Assembly (NCBI GenBank): GCA_030704615.1
Contig: CM060733.1
Span: 37,200,001-37,264,000, forward strand
DNA length: 64,000 bases
Source: Takakia lepidozioides
Lineage: Eukaryota; Plantae; Bryophyta
Reading direction: 5' to 3'
Below the pieces are notes generated by a model. The model was not told the DNA's origin. It searched no databases and saw only the letters and a program-made list of their open reading frames with translations. Shown piece after piece: positions 53,044 through 64,000 of this stretch; the first letter of the stretch is position 1, and each line of letters opens with the position of its first letter. The translations under genes and the position numbers were made by a program.

Positions 53044-54606
53044 TTTATCATTGCCCTATTTTGTGTGTAGTCCATCAGCTTTACTTCAACCTCCATTTGT
53101 ACTTATTTGTTTGTTGACTTCACATGACTTTTGTGAGATCAATGATATTTCAATGATCTTTGTATTTTCTTTAACAATTCCCTTCTGTGCTGCCTCTACA
53201 TAGTTATATTCCAGTGTCAAGTTCAGAATCAAATTCGATAGGAGAAGAAAGAGGAACGGCAGCGTAAGGCTGAGCGGAGGGACCGCGAGGCTTTACGTTT
53301 GTCAAGATCATCAAGTACAGCTACCAGTGAGGTGTCTGGTCATATCTTACATCAATCTCCCACTGTATCCATCTCCTCGGGTGCACAGAATTCCGCCATC
53401 AGTTGTAACCGACGGCGATCTCAAACATATGCGTTGAGTGTGAGCCGTTTGGGAAGCAACTCTGTGTTATTGATGAATTAAACTATGGCCGGCCTACTCA
53501 TTACACACATACGTTATTTAACTCTGTCAATGTTATGCCAGACCCTTTCGAAGTTTGAGAGAAATCACATGCGATCGCGCGTGGTTCTTTCATATATGCT
53601 CTTGTGGAACTAGCATGGATCAGCAATGCCATTAGATGTTATCAAAACAAGTTGATTTCATTGTTAGTTTAAGCAATAACAGATCAGGCTGGAGGCTGGA
53701 GGAGGTTGGAGGAGAAGAAATTTTTCGATGTTTCCATATTACGATGGGGAACAAGTGACACGATCATCGTCTATGTCTACATTCGGGTTCCTGACTCGTA
53801 ATTCAAGCTCCCACGATGGTTGTCTCATTTGTTCCTGAGCAGATTGTGAAGCTCTGTTAAAATCTCTCTTCAAATGGATTGAAGTAAATTTCTTCCCTGA
53901 CGAACTGATGGCACCACTGTGGTTGATTGAAATCTGGATGCACTTGGCTCTTTGGGGTTCTCAATGGTGGTACGAAAATGCTGTCATTTGAAGATGTGAT
54001 GATTCTGCAGGTATAGTGAGTTACTTCAGGTCAGTTACAGCGAGGGAACTCAAGGTATTCGGATAATCCGTCCCGGAATATTTCACACCATCATCCTGGA
54101 TGATTCATTGATGTGTTTCAGAACGCGCACTCTAACGGAGTTCAGCCCTCATTCTAGAAGTTGATACTCTCATTGACATGGTTTACGTTACTTGTATTGG
54201 TCCATGCCGCATGCGGCGAGACTTACTCAAATTGACATGGTTCTGAAATAAAACCTAGTTGTTTATCATCAATGTCTCCCCATTGTCTTTCATTTCATTT
54301 CATGGTATTCTGTCATTGTGCCATGTTTTGCTCACATATTTGATGATTTGTCTTGTATGTTACATAGTAACGGCCTTCACAAGCTCAGTCGCGATTACGA
54401 ATATGACTGGTGCTCCAATCATCCATCAAGCCGCGGATCATGAAGCGAGTTATCACCCGACGTTTTTTTAATTTATTTTTTAATGTAATGGAAACACCTG
54501 GGAGCCACAGCTCACAAATCAGGCCCCCTTAATAGTATAACCTCTTTCATAGTAACCCCGCCATGTGGCATTGGAATGGGACACCACCCAGGAACATACC
54601 ACACTC

Positions 54607-54677
54607 GTCAGTAGCAAGATTTGATCCTATAATCATCTGGGTGGCACTCAGTGCACTTCACCAACTGAGCTACTGAC
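54607..54677 (-). pseudogene. Degenerate tRNA-like sequence (possibly Gly-GCC derived, SINE head)
   Basis: Terminal stem GTCAGTA/TACTGAC, A-box TAGCTCAGTTGG, central TGCCA and degenerate B-box GGATCAAATC. Confidence 0.5.
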
Positions 54678-54950
54678 TGTTGGTATCTCATTCAACTCTT
54701 ACTAAACGTCGAGTGAATAGTGGAACTTGCTTTATGAGCCAAATATAAACCGTTTTTTCTCCTGAAGTTTATATATAATGTTTCTTTATTGCTCATATTA
54801 TATATTAATAGACAAACAATTATTTATATCTTTATACTTATATTTAAAATGATCCATTTAAATTCATTTAAATGATTAAAAAATACATATTCAGATATTT
54901 CTCCTTATTTCTGGACCAAACTTTAGTCCAGATTTACTTAAAATTGTGTT

Positions 54951-55590
54951 TCTTGCCGCGAAAGTCGTAACATCTTTGACCACCCACCTCATAATTCTTT
55001 TTTCGAATCTCTCATGAAGGGTAAATCGAGGTGTCTCGACGTCTTGAAACCTTTCGGCGATAAGGAGAAGAAAAAAGGAAAAGTCACTCTTCCGCGAAGA
55101 CTCTACGGCCTACAATTGGACAACTGCGTGAAGGAAAACAAAAACAGGTGAATGCTGGCTTTTCTGTCGCTCTTAACTATGAGAGGAGTGTTTGAGGAGA
55201 TTCAGATGGGATTTCTCATGGTTGGCCATACCCAAGAGGACATCGACGGATTCTTCAGTTATTTATCGAAGAAGCTGAAGCAAAATAGCACCTGCGTTCT
55301 CTCCGATCTTATGAGGTTTTTTACGATCTCTCAAGATCTGCAATTTATTCCTCAAATCATTCAAAAGGTGCCAGATTTCAAGGCATATGTGGACGGTTGC
55401 ATTCTCGATGGAGGCTTTAGTTGGGCAAACAGAAATGCATGTATTTTGATTCTATGTAGATGAAGATGGGTGGCCTGTCATGAAGTTTAAGAAGTTTGCT
55501 ACTGATTCTGAGTGGCTCCCCAAAAAAGGTGTGGTGAAGATGTGGAAGTCGAATCCCGATGGATCTCCAAAGTTGCCTGTAGCAGTGCAA
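54951..55590 (+). pseudogene. Sola-like transposase catalytic fragment, copy D
   Basis: QLDNCVKENKNR*MLAFLSLL...FLMVGHTQEDIDGFFS...KFATDSEWLPKK. Confidence 0.88.
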
Positions 55591-55764
55591 TCCTCTCCAC
55601 CACTTAGGAGAAGAGAGACCTCATCTCCACCAACCCACTCTCCATCGTTTCCACCTTCTTCGACAAAGTCCGTAGGGCAGAATTCTGGTCTTGTCAACAA
55701 CATGAACAAATGAGATGCTAGAGGCACAAATGGAAGCTAGAGGCAAACTGAAAGCAATGGACAA

Positions 55765-56570
55765 TCACCAAACCAAAGGTAATGCCATAGGGGAGAGACA
55801 AAATGTGTATACAAGTGCACTTACCCGGTATTTGGAGTGGGCTGCTTTACTGACTGATTCATCTTGGATCTCCTGAAGAGAAGGGCTCCGGCCACTTGAG
55901 TCAGCCTGCATGCATAAGGATACCTTAGTACCTTGCCTATCAATATCCCCTTCCCTATCCCAAAAATGAAACCGAAACTGAAGTTCAATGGTGCCTGAGA
56001 TGCTCACTAGACGTACTTCAACACCTGCTTTGCCATCACGCCCGGTCTTGGTTGGTTTCTGAATGCATGAATTGGCTTTCTTCATATTTTGAGATACTTT
56101 TGCAAAAGACTGTGATGACCAGTATTTTACAAGAGTATCCCATTGGGAATCAGACACATTGGCAGGTTTTCCCTTACCATTTTTAAACAAACGATGTAGA
56201 TCGTACCTAGTTGTCTTGAGCATCTTGTCAGCTATTTCCCTCCTATACTCAAATCCAATTGGCTAGGGCTGTAGGTGTACATAGCAGCCAAATTCTTGTT
56301 AATGAGATGGACAACAGCCTCATTTTGTTGGTCCACATGCTTTGTAAAATCAAGAAAACGAAGGACTTGGCCTTTCAGCCCTATCATCCATAAATTTCTA
56401 GAAGGATTAATGGGCTTTCCATGCCCATCCAGCATTATCATTGTACGTCCGGGAAGCCCCTGCTTTACACAATCTAATCTTTGTTGTGTTGCAGCTGCCT
56501 TTGCAGCCCGGTTAGCCCTCCTTCTGGCATTGTGCCGCTCCCTGACACTTAGAGGTGCAACCTCCTCCAC
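55765..56570 (-). pseudogene. CACTA TnpA-like (Ptta/En/Spm type) fragment
   Basis: RYDLHRLF...KPANVSDSQWDTLVKYWSSQSFAKVSQNMKKAN...TGRDG pattern. Confidence 0.75.
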
Positions 56571-57244
56571 ATGATCAGGCTCCTCCTCGTTGTAATCTGC
56601 GACCTGCCCTTCCTATGGCCAGGCCGAACGACCCCCCCAATTCAAGGCAGCATACCGCGCTTGTTGCGGCTGCGGGGGATATTCATCATCATCCTCATGA
56701 CCCTCACTGTACTCGCCATACTCACCATACTCACCATACCCTCCAAACATCTCTGGATCAACATAGTGATGGGGGGAGGGGGGGGGTCGAGGCCTATACC
56801 GTGGGGGTGGAGCAACTCATCTACCATAAGTAGGCGGCGACATGGGGGCAATATATGAATCCTCAGCATACTGGGCACCATACCCTCATTGACATGGAAT
56901 GCGTGAAGCAGGTTGTCATTGTTGGAATTGTGGTGAACGCGGGTTCTGATTGAAAGCACCAACTTCTGGCCACCTCTGCCAGTGCCACGTCCTGGGTTGC
57001 CTCTCCCACAGCATGAAGATGTCCCCCTCACGCATCTTGCCTGCCACAACACACCCCCCACAACAAACCCTCTCACTATTTCAGTACACATTTTGACATA
57101 GGGATAGCATGAAACAACTCATATTCTTGCTCCACCATCTACATCAGGTTGTGCTTAGCTCTTCTTCTAGTTGCCTTAAGCTAGCCTTGTCGACGGCACA
57201 GGCTACGACACAGGCTACAACGGCCCAGACACATGCTACCCTAG

Positions 57245-57645
57245 TCAATATATGAAGCAAGCCGGTTTGTTTGTTTGTTTGTTTGTTTGTTTGTTTGTTT
57301 TGTTTTGTTTTGTAGCGTTGAGATGTCCCAAACCGCAAGGCCCCAACGCTTGTGCTTGGTCCCATTGGAAAGCCCTCGACGAGGAGGGGTGCACGGGCTT
57401 GGTCTCACGATTTTTGGACCTGCGGTGTGGGAGATGTGCAATTTCAAGTACTTTGGGTAGTTGGAAATTCACGAAAAATTGCAAAGTGGGCTTTCCTAGG
57501 ACAATGGTTGGAGCCTCAACATGAGAGATATCAAGGGAAAGGTCTTCGTTCAAATCCGGTCGTAGGCTCTGTGGAAAAAAAATGATTAGACTTGGATGAC
57601 TTAGATGACATTGGACACTTGGGCCAACGGCACATGCTACCCTAG
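57245..57645 (+). mobile_element. About 400-bp non-autonomous Helitron-like unit in a head-to-tail array, containing a (GTTT)n microsatellite
   Basis: CACATGCTACCCTAG|TC junctions at both 57241-57246 and 57642-57647. Subterminal hairpin TGGGCCAACGGCACA. Confidence 0.6.
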
Positions 57646-58091
57646 TCTATGTTAATAGAAATATGCTATAGCATGTTGCGGAAATCATGGGAAGGAAAGA
57701 GAGTTCCTACCCACACAATAGAAATGGAAATAGGGGCTAGGATAGTCCTAACATGGGTTTTTGGGGGTGTTGGCTTACCTTTGAGCCTCATCTTTGGCCC
57801 TTCTCACTGACAGTTCACAAATCCTGGTCATACCACACTTCCTGCACACTCGATTCCGCAGATTAGCACTAATAATTAGACTATAAACTGCTTAGCGAGA
57901 CTGAATGTGCACTAAGTAGAATTTGGGTAGGTAGTCGTCGCACTTCTCCGTCCGCCACTCACCCATCTCCAAGAAAAGCGTCCTTACGTTTTCTTCGCCT
58001 TCGCCTTCGTCTTCGCCTTCGTCTTCGTCTCCTTCCTCTCCTCTATCTTCCAATCCCTCGCATTTTCTGGATGGCTAACCAACAGCCTAAT

Positions 58092-58591
58092 ATGGTAGCC
58101 TTAGGGGCAGCATTCCGGTCTATTGGAGTGTCCTAGGGGCAGCTTTGCAAACTTTGGGGGAAGAGGTCCCCAAACTAGAGAACTTACCACTGTTACAGAA
58201 TCTAGCAGGCATAGCGATGAGCATGGACAGGATGCAGGGGAGCATGGTGATCTTGCAGCAAGCGCAGCAGGACATGTTGAATGTGTTGAACGCGGTGCAG
58301 GTCAGTCAAGTTAGTGGGTTCCAACGTTTGGAACAAAGGCTGGGTATTACGCAGCAGCAAAGCCTATCCAGGATAGTAAACTCTCCCCTGGCGTTCGTTT
58401 CCCCCTTGCAGGGAGTGGTGAATGACGAGGGGAACCTTCTCCCTCGCTTCCCGGCGAGCAAGCTTGCATGTGCACGCTTGGCAGAGGACGCCGTCGACGA
58501 GCTACTCCGTTTTTATCGCCTCCCTATGACCGGTGATGTGGATTCGAAGCGAATCTTCCTAAGTTATCACTTAGGGTTCGCCTTGAATTGA
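58092..58591 (+). pseudogene. Mug135-like C-terminal domain protein, second copy (10-bp deletion near the 5' end)
   Basis: ORF 58145-58591 is the paralog of 17365-17924. Confidence 0.5.
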
Positions 58592-61500
58592 CAAAGTGGG
58601 GTGTGATCTGTGGTTTGGCCAAAAGATAGGGGGTTCCGACATTTCATACTGCTTGTACGTGGGCCTTGGAGGATTTACAGCTGAAGTACTGCTGGAGAGT
58701 GCAGTAAGGGCATTTTACATAGTAAAAGAGTACCAATTGGGTGGGTACAAAGCTGGATTTCCTTAATCCAGAGGTCAACCTGTGTGGGGCAAGATCTCCA
58801 TTCTCTAATCCAGATAGCGCTACCTGGTAGACCCTCCATGTAGCAGTTTGTATGAGCAGAGGTATGGTAAAATACAGATGAGAGAGTGGGTCTGAGGTAT
58901 CTTGTGTGACCTGTGGGTTATGGTGAGTGTTAGGGCTTAAGCGATATCGAGATTGGGGGCTACGGTTAGAGATCCTTACAATGGATCTGATGGCCTTATG
59001 ACTTTTTCCACACTCAATGGAGTGCTTGGCACTAAGTACTTTTTATAAATTGGTCGTTTAGTGTGTGTGAATGGTGTGTAGCATAGTCATATGATCTGGT
59101 TCATGTGGTGGGCCGAGGTAGTAGGGATGTTACACTAGAGCAGCGCATACAGTATATATCAGGCTTCAATATTTAAATTTGTGCTAAGCACATTGTGTGG
59201 ATAACATCATGTAAGCTGGGGAGGGGTATTATTTGATAGATAAACATGTTGTCCGAGGGTGTGATAAATCTGAGAAGAGGCAGGTAGGCACTTGGTCATG
59301 GTAATTTAGGAGTGGTGGGAAGAGGTAAGCATTTATGCCAAGATAGATGTAAGATAGGTGTATTGTAGTGGGAGGGAAGGGGGAGGCCTGTATATTTTTG
59401 GTGTAAGCGGGAATAGAGGCTGTAGCTTTTGAGCAGAATCTATATGAGGAGACCAAGAGATATGTGCCTTTGCCATTCTTCTGAGAAGGGATTTGCTTAT
59501 GTCTATTTTGTGAAGGGATGGAGGTAGTGCCTTTTGAGTAAACTTGTATGAAAGGAGGAGTTCATATGCTGATGTATGGTATTTGTGATGTAGTAATAAG
59601 ACTTGTACTAGAATTGGTAGGGCGGTATAATGTAGAGAATGTGTGTGGATAGTAATACGAGTGAAGGGTTGGATCATTGCATTTGTGTTGTTATCATGTG
59701 TTATTGTCATTAAAGTGCAGTCAGTAGCTCTGTGGGTGAGCTAGCCAACTAGTATGCAAGGGTACGATATTAGACTTCTTCCTGTAGTGAGGAGCAGAGA
59801 ATGTTATAAACATATGGGCATTTGTTAAAGTGGTGTTGGAAAGCACCATAAGCTCTTGAAAGTGCGAAGTAGGAGCAGTGATGTGTGGGATTAAAGTTTA
59901 CAACAAGGGATAAAGGGCTCTTACCGTGTTCAGGATGGTGACTATTGTTTTAGTCATTTTCAGCCTCATGTGGAGGCAAACTCTAATCTGTGGTAGGAGT
60001 GCAAGGTTCAGGCAAAAAATGAGGGCAAAAAGGCAAGTTAGCATGGAGGTGCTTATACCCCACAAAAATCTAAAACCCCTGAAATTGGTTGGTCAAGGCC
60101 AAAAATTCTGGGTCTCAAAACCGAAAACAAAAAGTGCCTAAAAGTCCCAGCCATATCTTTACCAACGTCTGTTTAGAAACTTCAATGCCGAATTGTTGGT
60201 TGACTGTATGCAACGATGGGCTTTATGGGAAGGAGTGGGAATCTCCAGAGCAACAGACATTTGGTCTGATGAAGCCTCATAGATGTGGGAACCCTGTCAC
60301 ATAGGGTTGGGACCTAGCGCGTTCATTTCAACGGATCTATCATTCTGGATGCATTTCCTCCTTCCTGACATCTGAAGCGCGACTGAAACATTGGCTTTCA
60401 TCTTTCCTTTGAAAAAGTAGGCTTGAAAGTGTTCAGTTCAGTCTGGATATCTTAAGAGAGCAGATAGATATTTAGGGCTCGAGACTGAGGCAGTAAGTGA
60501 CATTGATGCCTAATGTCTCCCTCTCTTTGCAATTGTGCTCCTTCCACAGGCTGGAACGTTTGTTCTCTGTTCCTGCCTCTGAATTTAGTCTTTCCCACAT
60601 CACTCTGATCAGTCAGCGCATCTGTCAGATCTCTCTCTCTCTCTCTCTCTCTCGCCGATCTGTCAATCGACGAAAACAAAGTCAAAGTGATGCTGAAAGA
60701 TTATAATGTTTTGACACCGAACTTCCCTTTGTTGTGTAGTTCTTGATGCATGAAGATCCGCTGTTCCTTAATATAATAGTCTAGTTCCCCTGTTAGTTGC
60801 CCAATCTTTGCTGGTGGCTACATCACTGCAGGAGCAAACACATTGTCCAAATCCCATTCTTTCCGACCTTTTTTTTTTTTTGGTCTCCCCGCAAGTACAA
60901 TTTTGCATATATTCGATCACTTCTGTGTTCTTGGTCTAGAATATGGCTATGGCGACTTGCTTGCAGAGAACAATATCTTGTTACCTCACATACCTTCTTT
61001 TAGTTTTTCTGCACTGTTGTTGTCTGATCCTGACCTTCTCCACCCTTGCCATACGCCGGGAATTCTGTTGTCTTATCTATCTTCTACTAGTTACGAGTTA
61101 CTGAGGATGAATGTCATCAAAATGGCCTCCTTTTGGCTGATGTCTCACACCTTGATAAGGTACCATGTTGAAGCCTTTTGCAAACATACTTTGGGCTGCG
61201 TTGTGGACTTCAAACATGTTTGCAGAGGGCTCTTAATAACCTTGTGAAGCTTGAGCACCAGGTCCTTCATGTAGTAACAAATGGGTTTTTGCTTATATGG
61301 TAAGGAAGTCTTCGATGTCAGGGTGTTGGCATCCTCCCATTCCTCTGGTTATGTTCTCCACTTAAGCATTTTTCAGTTGGGGTGTCAGATCTATTACAGG
61401 AAAGATGACAAAAAGCACTTTCCTCTATTGCCCTTGCAAGGTGAAGGGGAGGGGAGAACCAGGGGTGTAAATTGATTAGGGTTTATGCTAAGAGGGGAGA

Positions 61501-63369
61501 GGGATCTCCCGGCTTGTGGCATTGCGAGTAGGGTTTGTAGCCGAGGGAGTACATATAGGATTTTAATGGAGAGGGAGAGGGATGAGTCCCTTATTAGACT
61601 ATGTTCGCCGTAGACTTGAGGCAATATATCCTGCACCCCTTAAAGTGGAGAAGAGGGGCGGGGGTATGAGAACAGAGCAAATGGATCCACTACAGTCACG
61701 GAAGGGTCAGTCCATAGTGGGACTTATTCTAAAAATGAAGTTGATTCTAGCCTTTGAGATGTTCTAAGGAAATCTCTTTAACTTAACCTACATGAACGAG
61801 TCTGGTTGATGCTTTCGCAAAGGGCCTCTTGTGAAGAAGATTACCCATGACAACACAAGAAAGTTTTTCTGCCTTCCAACCAACAGAGTTGACAATCTTC
61901 AATACCTTGAACCATCCATTCGAGACAACTGGAACCACCATCTCACCATAACTTCCTCTACTCTTAAATGAAGTGGGGGCTCTAAATTCTGATCCCATAC
62001 AAACATTAGTAGTTATGGAGGAAGTTGATCCCCCTCGGTGTAGGATTTTTGATGTAACAGTGGGTCCGTTTGCTTTCTTTTCCATGGACATCCTGGCTGT
62101 GGGTAAAAATTTGGTCAACACATCCACTGATCAGGTCAGGAAATGTAGCCCCTTTTTGTTTTGTATTTGACATGTCCACAAACACACGTGGAGAATGGGT
62201 AGAGGCTGAATGAGATGTATACGAGTAGAGGCGCAGTGACAATAAAAACAACAGTGCAACCGCCAGGTGGTATAAGGGGTGGGTTAGGCTGCACCACTTG
62301 TGCTTTGAACTCACTTATGAGTTGGTGTGTGGAAGCCTCCCTATCCTCTACATTGAGTTGAGGTTAATTTCAAATGGTCTCATGCTTTTGAATTGCCTTT
62401 GCAGTTGACTCCTTTTATAGTTTAACGTGGATCTTTGTGAACGATGTTAGATACATTAAGACGTATATCTGGAATTTTGGATTTTGGCATGCAGAGTCAG
62501 TGGAGGGATGGCAATGTGCAAGAAAAACCCTTAGCCAAGAGCTGGCGCACTTATATACAACTGTGGCGACCCCTCACCAGTAAAGGACAAGAGAAGGTAC
62601 TTCATTGGCTTTCCCAAAGATTCCCCCAAAGAGGAATGGGCTTGTGATGCGGTAGATAAGGTGAAAACAGCAAACAGTCACCATTCACACTTCGGAGAAG
62701 TGAGCATTTGTGTCTGGGTTCGCAGGTCAAAGAACTCCCGCTGGTGAATGCTGTCCCTGTCAAGAAGTACATCGGTCATACAAGGTAAGGTCTTCTTGGC
62801 AGCATTGTCTACGTATCCGTTAGACCCATTAAATATCTGGATGGTATGGACACAAGGATCTGTTTTGCTTTCAATACTGGCTTGAAATTGTGGATATATT
62901 CTGGTTTGGTGTCTGTTGTTATCAAACGTTCCTTACACACATTGTTTGATCCGAACAAGTGCAAGGAAGGTCTATGAAATTGTTGTCAGTTGTCATAAAA
63001 GTAAACTAGGCATTGATGGGTTTATTGCTCTACTAGGCTAATGTCCTCCCCTACAGGTATGTGTTATTTCCGAATTTGGGTATGGCACTGCCCCACCTAG
63101 GGTCACATGTCACATCCTGCTACATGTTGGGTGTGGTATGTTCTTCTCCCCCTTCCCTTGGTCGGGGTGTCCCATTAGAAAGGCTTCACAGCCACTGTGA
63201 AAGAGGTTATTTTTTTCTCTCACTATAATTAAGACCTCTCATTTTTTAATAATTGGGACGTACCCGCGAGTACGGCCCATGGGGTGAGCTCATGAACCCC
63301 CCCCCCTTTCACCGGGTCTAGATTCTGAATTTTTTCTAAGTCCTAGTTCTTTAACGGCGGCAAACCTTC

Positions 63370-63680
63370 TAGCGGACTGGCCAACCCTCAACAGACTGAC
63401 TCCAACTGGCGAGCGGACTGACCAACGGATTGGTGAGCGGATTGACCAACAGACTTGCGAGCGGACTGACCAACAGACTTGCGAGCGGACTGGCGATTGG
63501 CGAGTGGACTGACTCAGTCCAGCAGATTGGCGAGCGGACTCACTAGCAGACTGTCGATTGACCAGCGGACTGACCAACAGACTTGCGAGCGGACTGGCGA
63601 TTGGCGAGCGGACTGACTTAGTCTGGCAGATTGGCGAGCGGACTCACCAGCAGACTGTCGATTGACGAGCAGACTGACGG
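63370..63680. repeat. Minisatellite of GCGAGCGGACT / GACCAACAGACT units inside an insertion of about 0.8 kb
   Basis: Direct inspection. About 63095-63900 is absent from the paralogous site near 22355. Confidence 0.88.
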
Positions 63681-64000
63681 GTGAGCGCCTAACTCCAACC
63701 TTCAGACCCTTCTCAAACAAAATATATATTTATAATTAACACACATTACCGCCATAATGTCACCTGTCAAGATTTGAACAGCAGACCTCATGTTCGTCAC
63801 AAGTTGCTTTTTACCATCACACTAGCCGCTGCTTTCTGGAAACCCTTGAAATAATTAATTATTTATCTACATATCTTCAGGTGTTTTGTGGGCCCAACAG
63901 TCGGGTCTATGTAGTTATTGTCAGCTTTGGGCCACTAGCGAGTAGTTACAATAACTGGGTTCCCATGTACATAGGCAAGCTTCATTTCCAAGTCTGAATA

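Larger units (their letters stand above)
39105..53581. repeat. About 20 dispersed copies of palindrome CGCGCGATCGCGCG (extended GAAGCA...TGCTTC)
   Basis: Exact cores at 40526, 42764, 43711, 43957, 44711, 44902 and 47261. Variants at 39105, 40668, 42919, 43029, 43270, 43870, 44384, 47173, 47349, 52049 and 53568. Also 2834, 15682 and 31660 in other copies. Confidence 0.93.
37021..53585. mobile_element. Putative giant cargo-carrying DNA transposon (minimum extent, termini not identified)
   Basis: The transposase region and the divergent cargo genes share the same dispersed CGCGCGATCGCGCG palindrome, which occurs elsewhere in the window only in other copies of this family. Confidence 0.6.

Noticed and set aside
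39105-53581. Cyanobacterial contamination because of HIP1 (GCGATCGC)
   Set aside because: The motif is a longer 14-26 bp palindrome, sits in spliceosomal introns and is confined to one TE family.
54380-54480. Right terminus of the Sola-like giant element
   Set aside because: I could not find a matching inverted sequence or TSD near 35337 or 36500-37000.
54607-54677. Functional tRNA genes here and at 31303-31360
   Set aside because: Arms and B-box are degenerate or truncated.
63290-63720. ORFs with repeated SARQS/WSVRS peptides
   Set aside because: By-products of a minisatellite.

Overview
Eukaryotic, gene-poor, repeat-dense DNA from a land plant, probably a bryophyte (inference from spliceosomal introns, TTTAGGG motifs, a PLS-type PPR fragment, an RpoT pseudogene and a chromoviral gypsy element). 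I found no intact host gene. Two large, decayed DNA transposons with unusual cargo dominate. (1) An 11.5-kb Mutator-like element (4032-15569) has a 9-bp TSD, confirmed by an empty site elsewhere in the window. It carries a MULE/SWIM transposase and, divergently, an intron-containing ParB-like plus beta-class N4C/N6A DNA-methyltransferase-like gene whose introns hold repeated palindromes. (2) A probable element of 16 kb or more (about 37.0-53.6 kb, termini not found) has a Sola-like/DUF7869-type transposase. Divergently it carries a protein with RNA-polymerase-II-CTD-like heptads, a ParB-like gene apparently ending in an FCP1/NIF-type domain, and a second FCP1-like pseudophosphatase. About 20 copies of CGCGCGATCGCGCG are scattered through it. 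The remainder is three more fragments of the Sola-like family, a truncated gypsy element, Helitron-like and SINE-like repeats, a CACTA TnpA fragment, tandem repeats and a block duplicated between about 16.2-22.5 kb and 55-64 kb. All domain calls are by-eye motif recognition, not database results.
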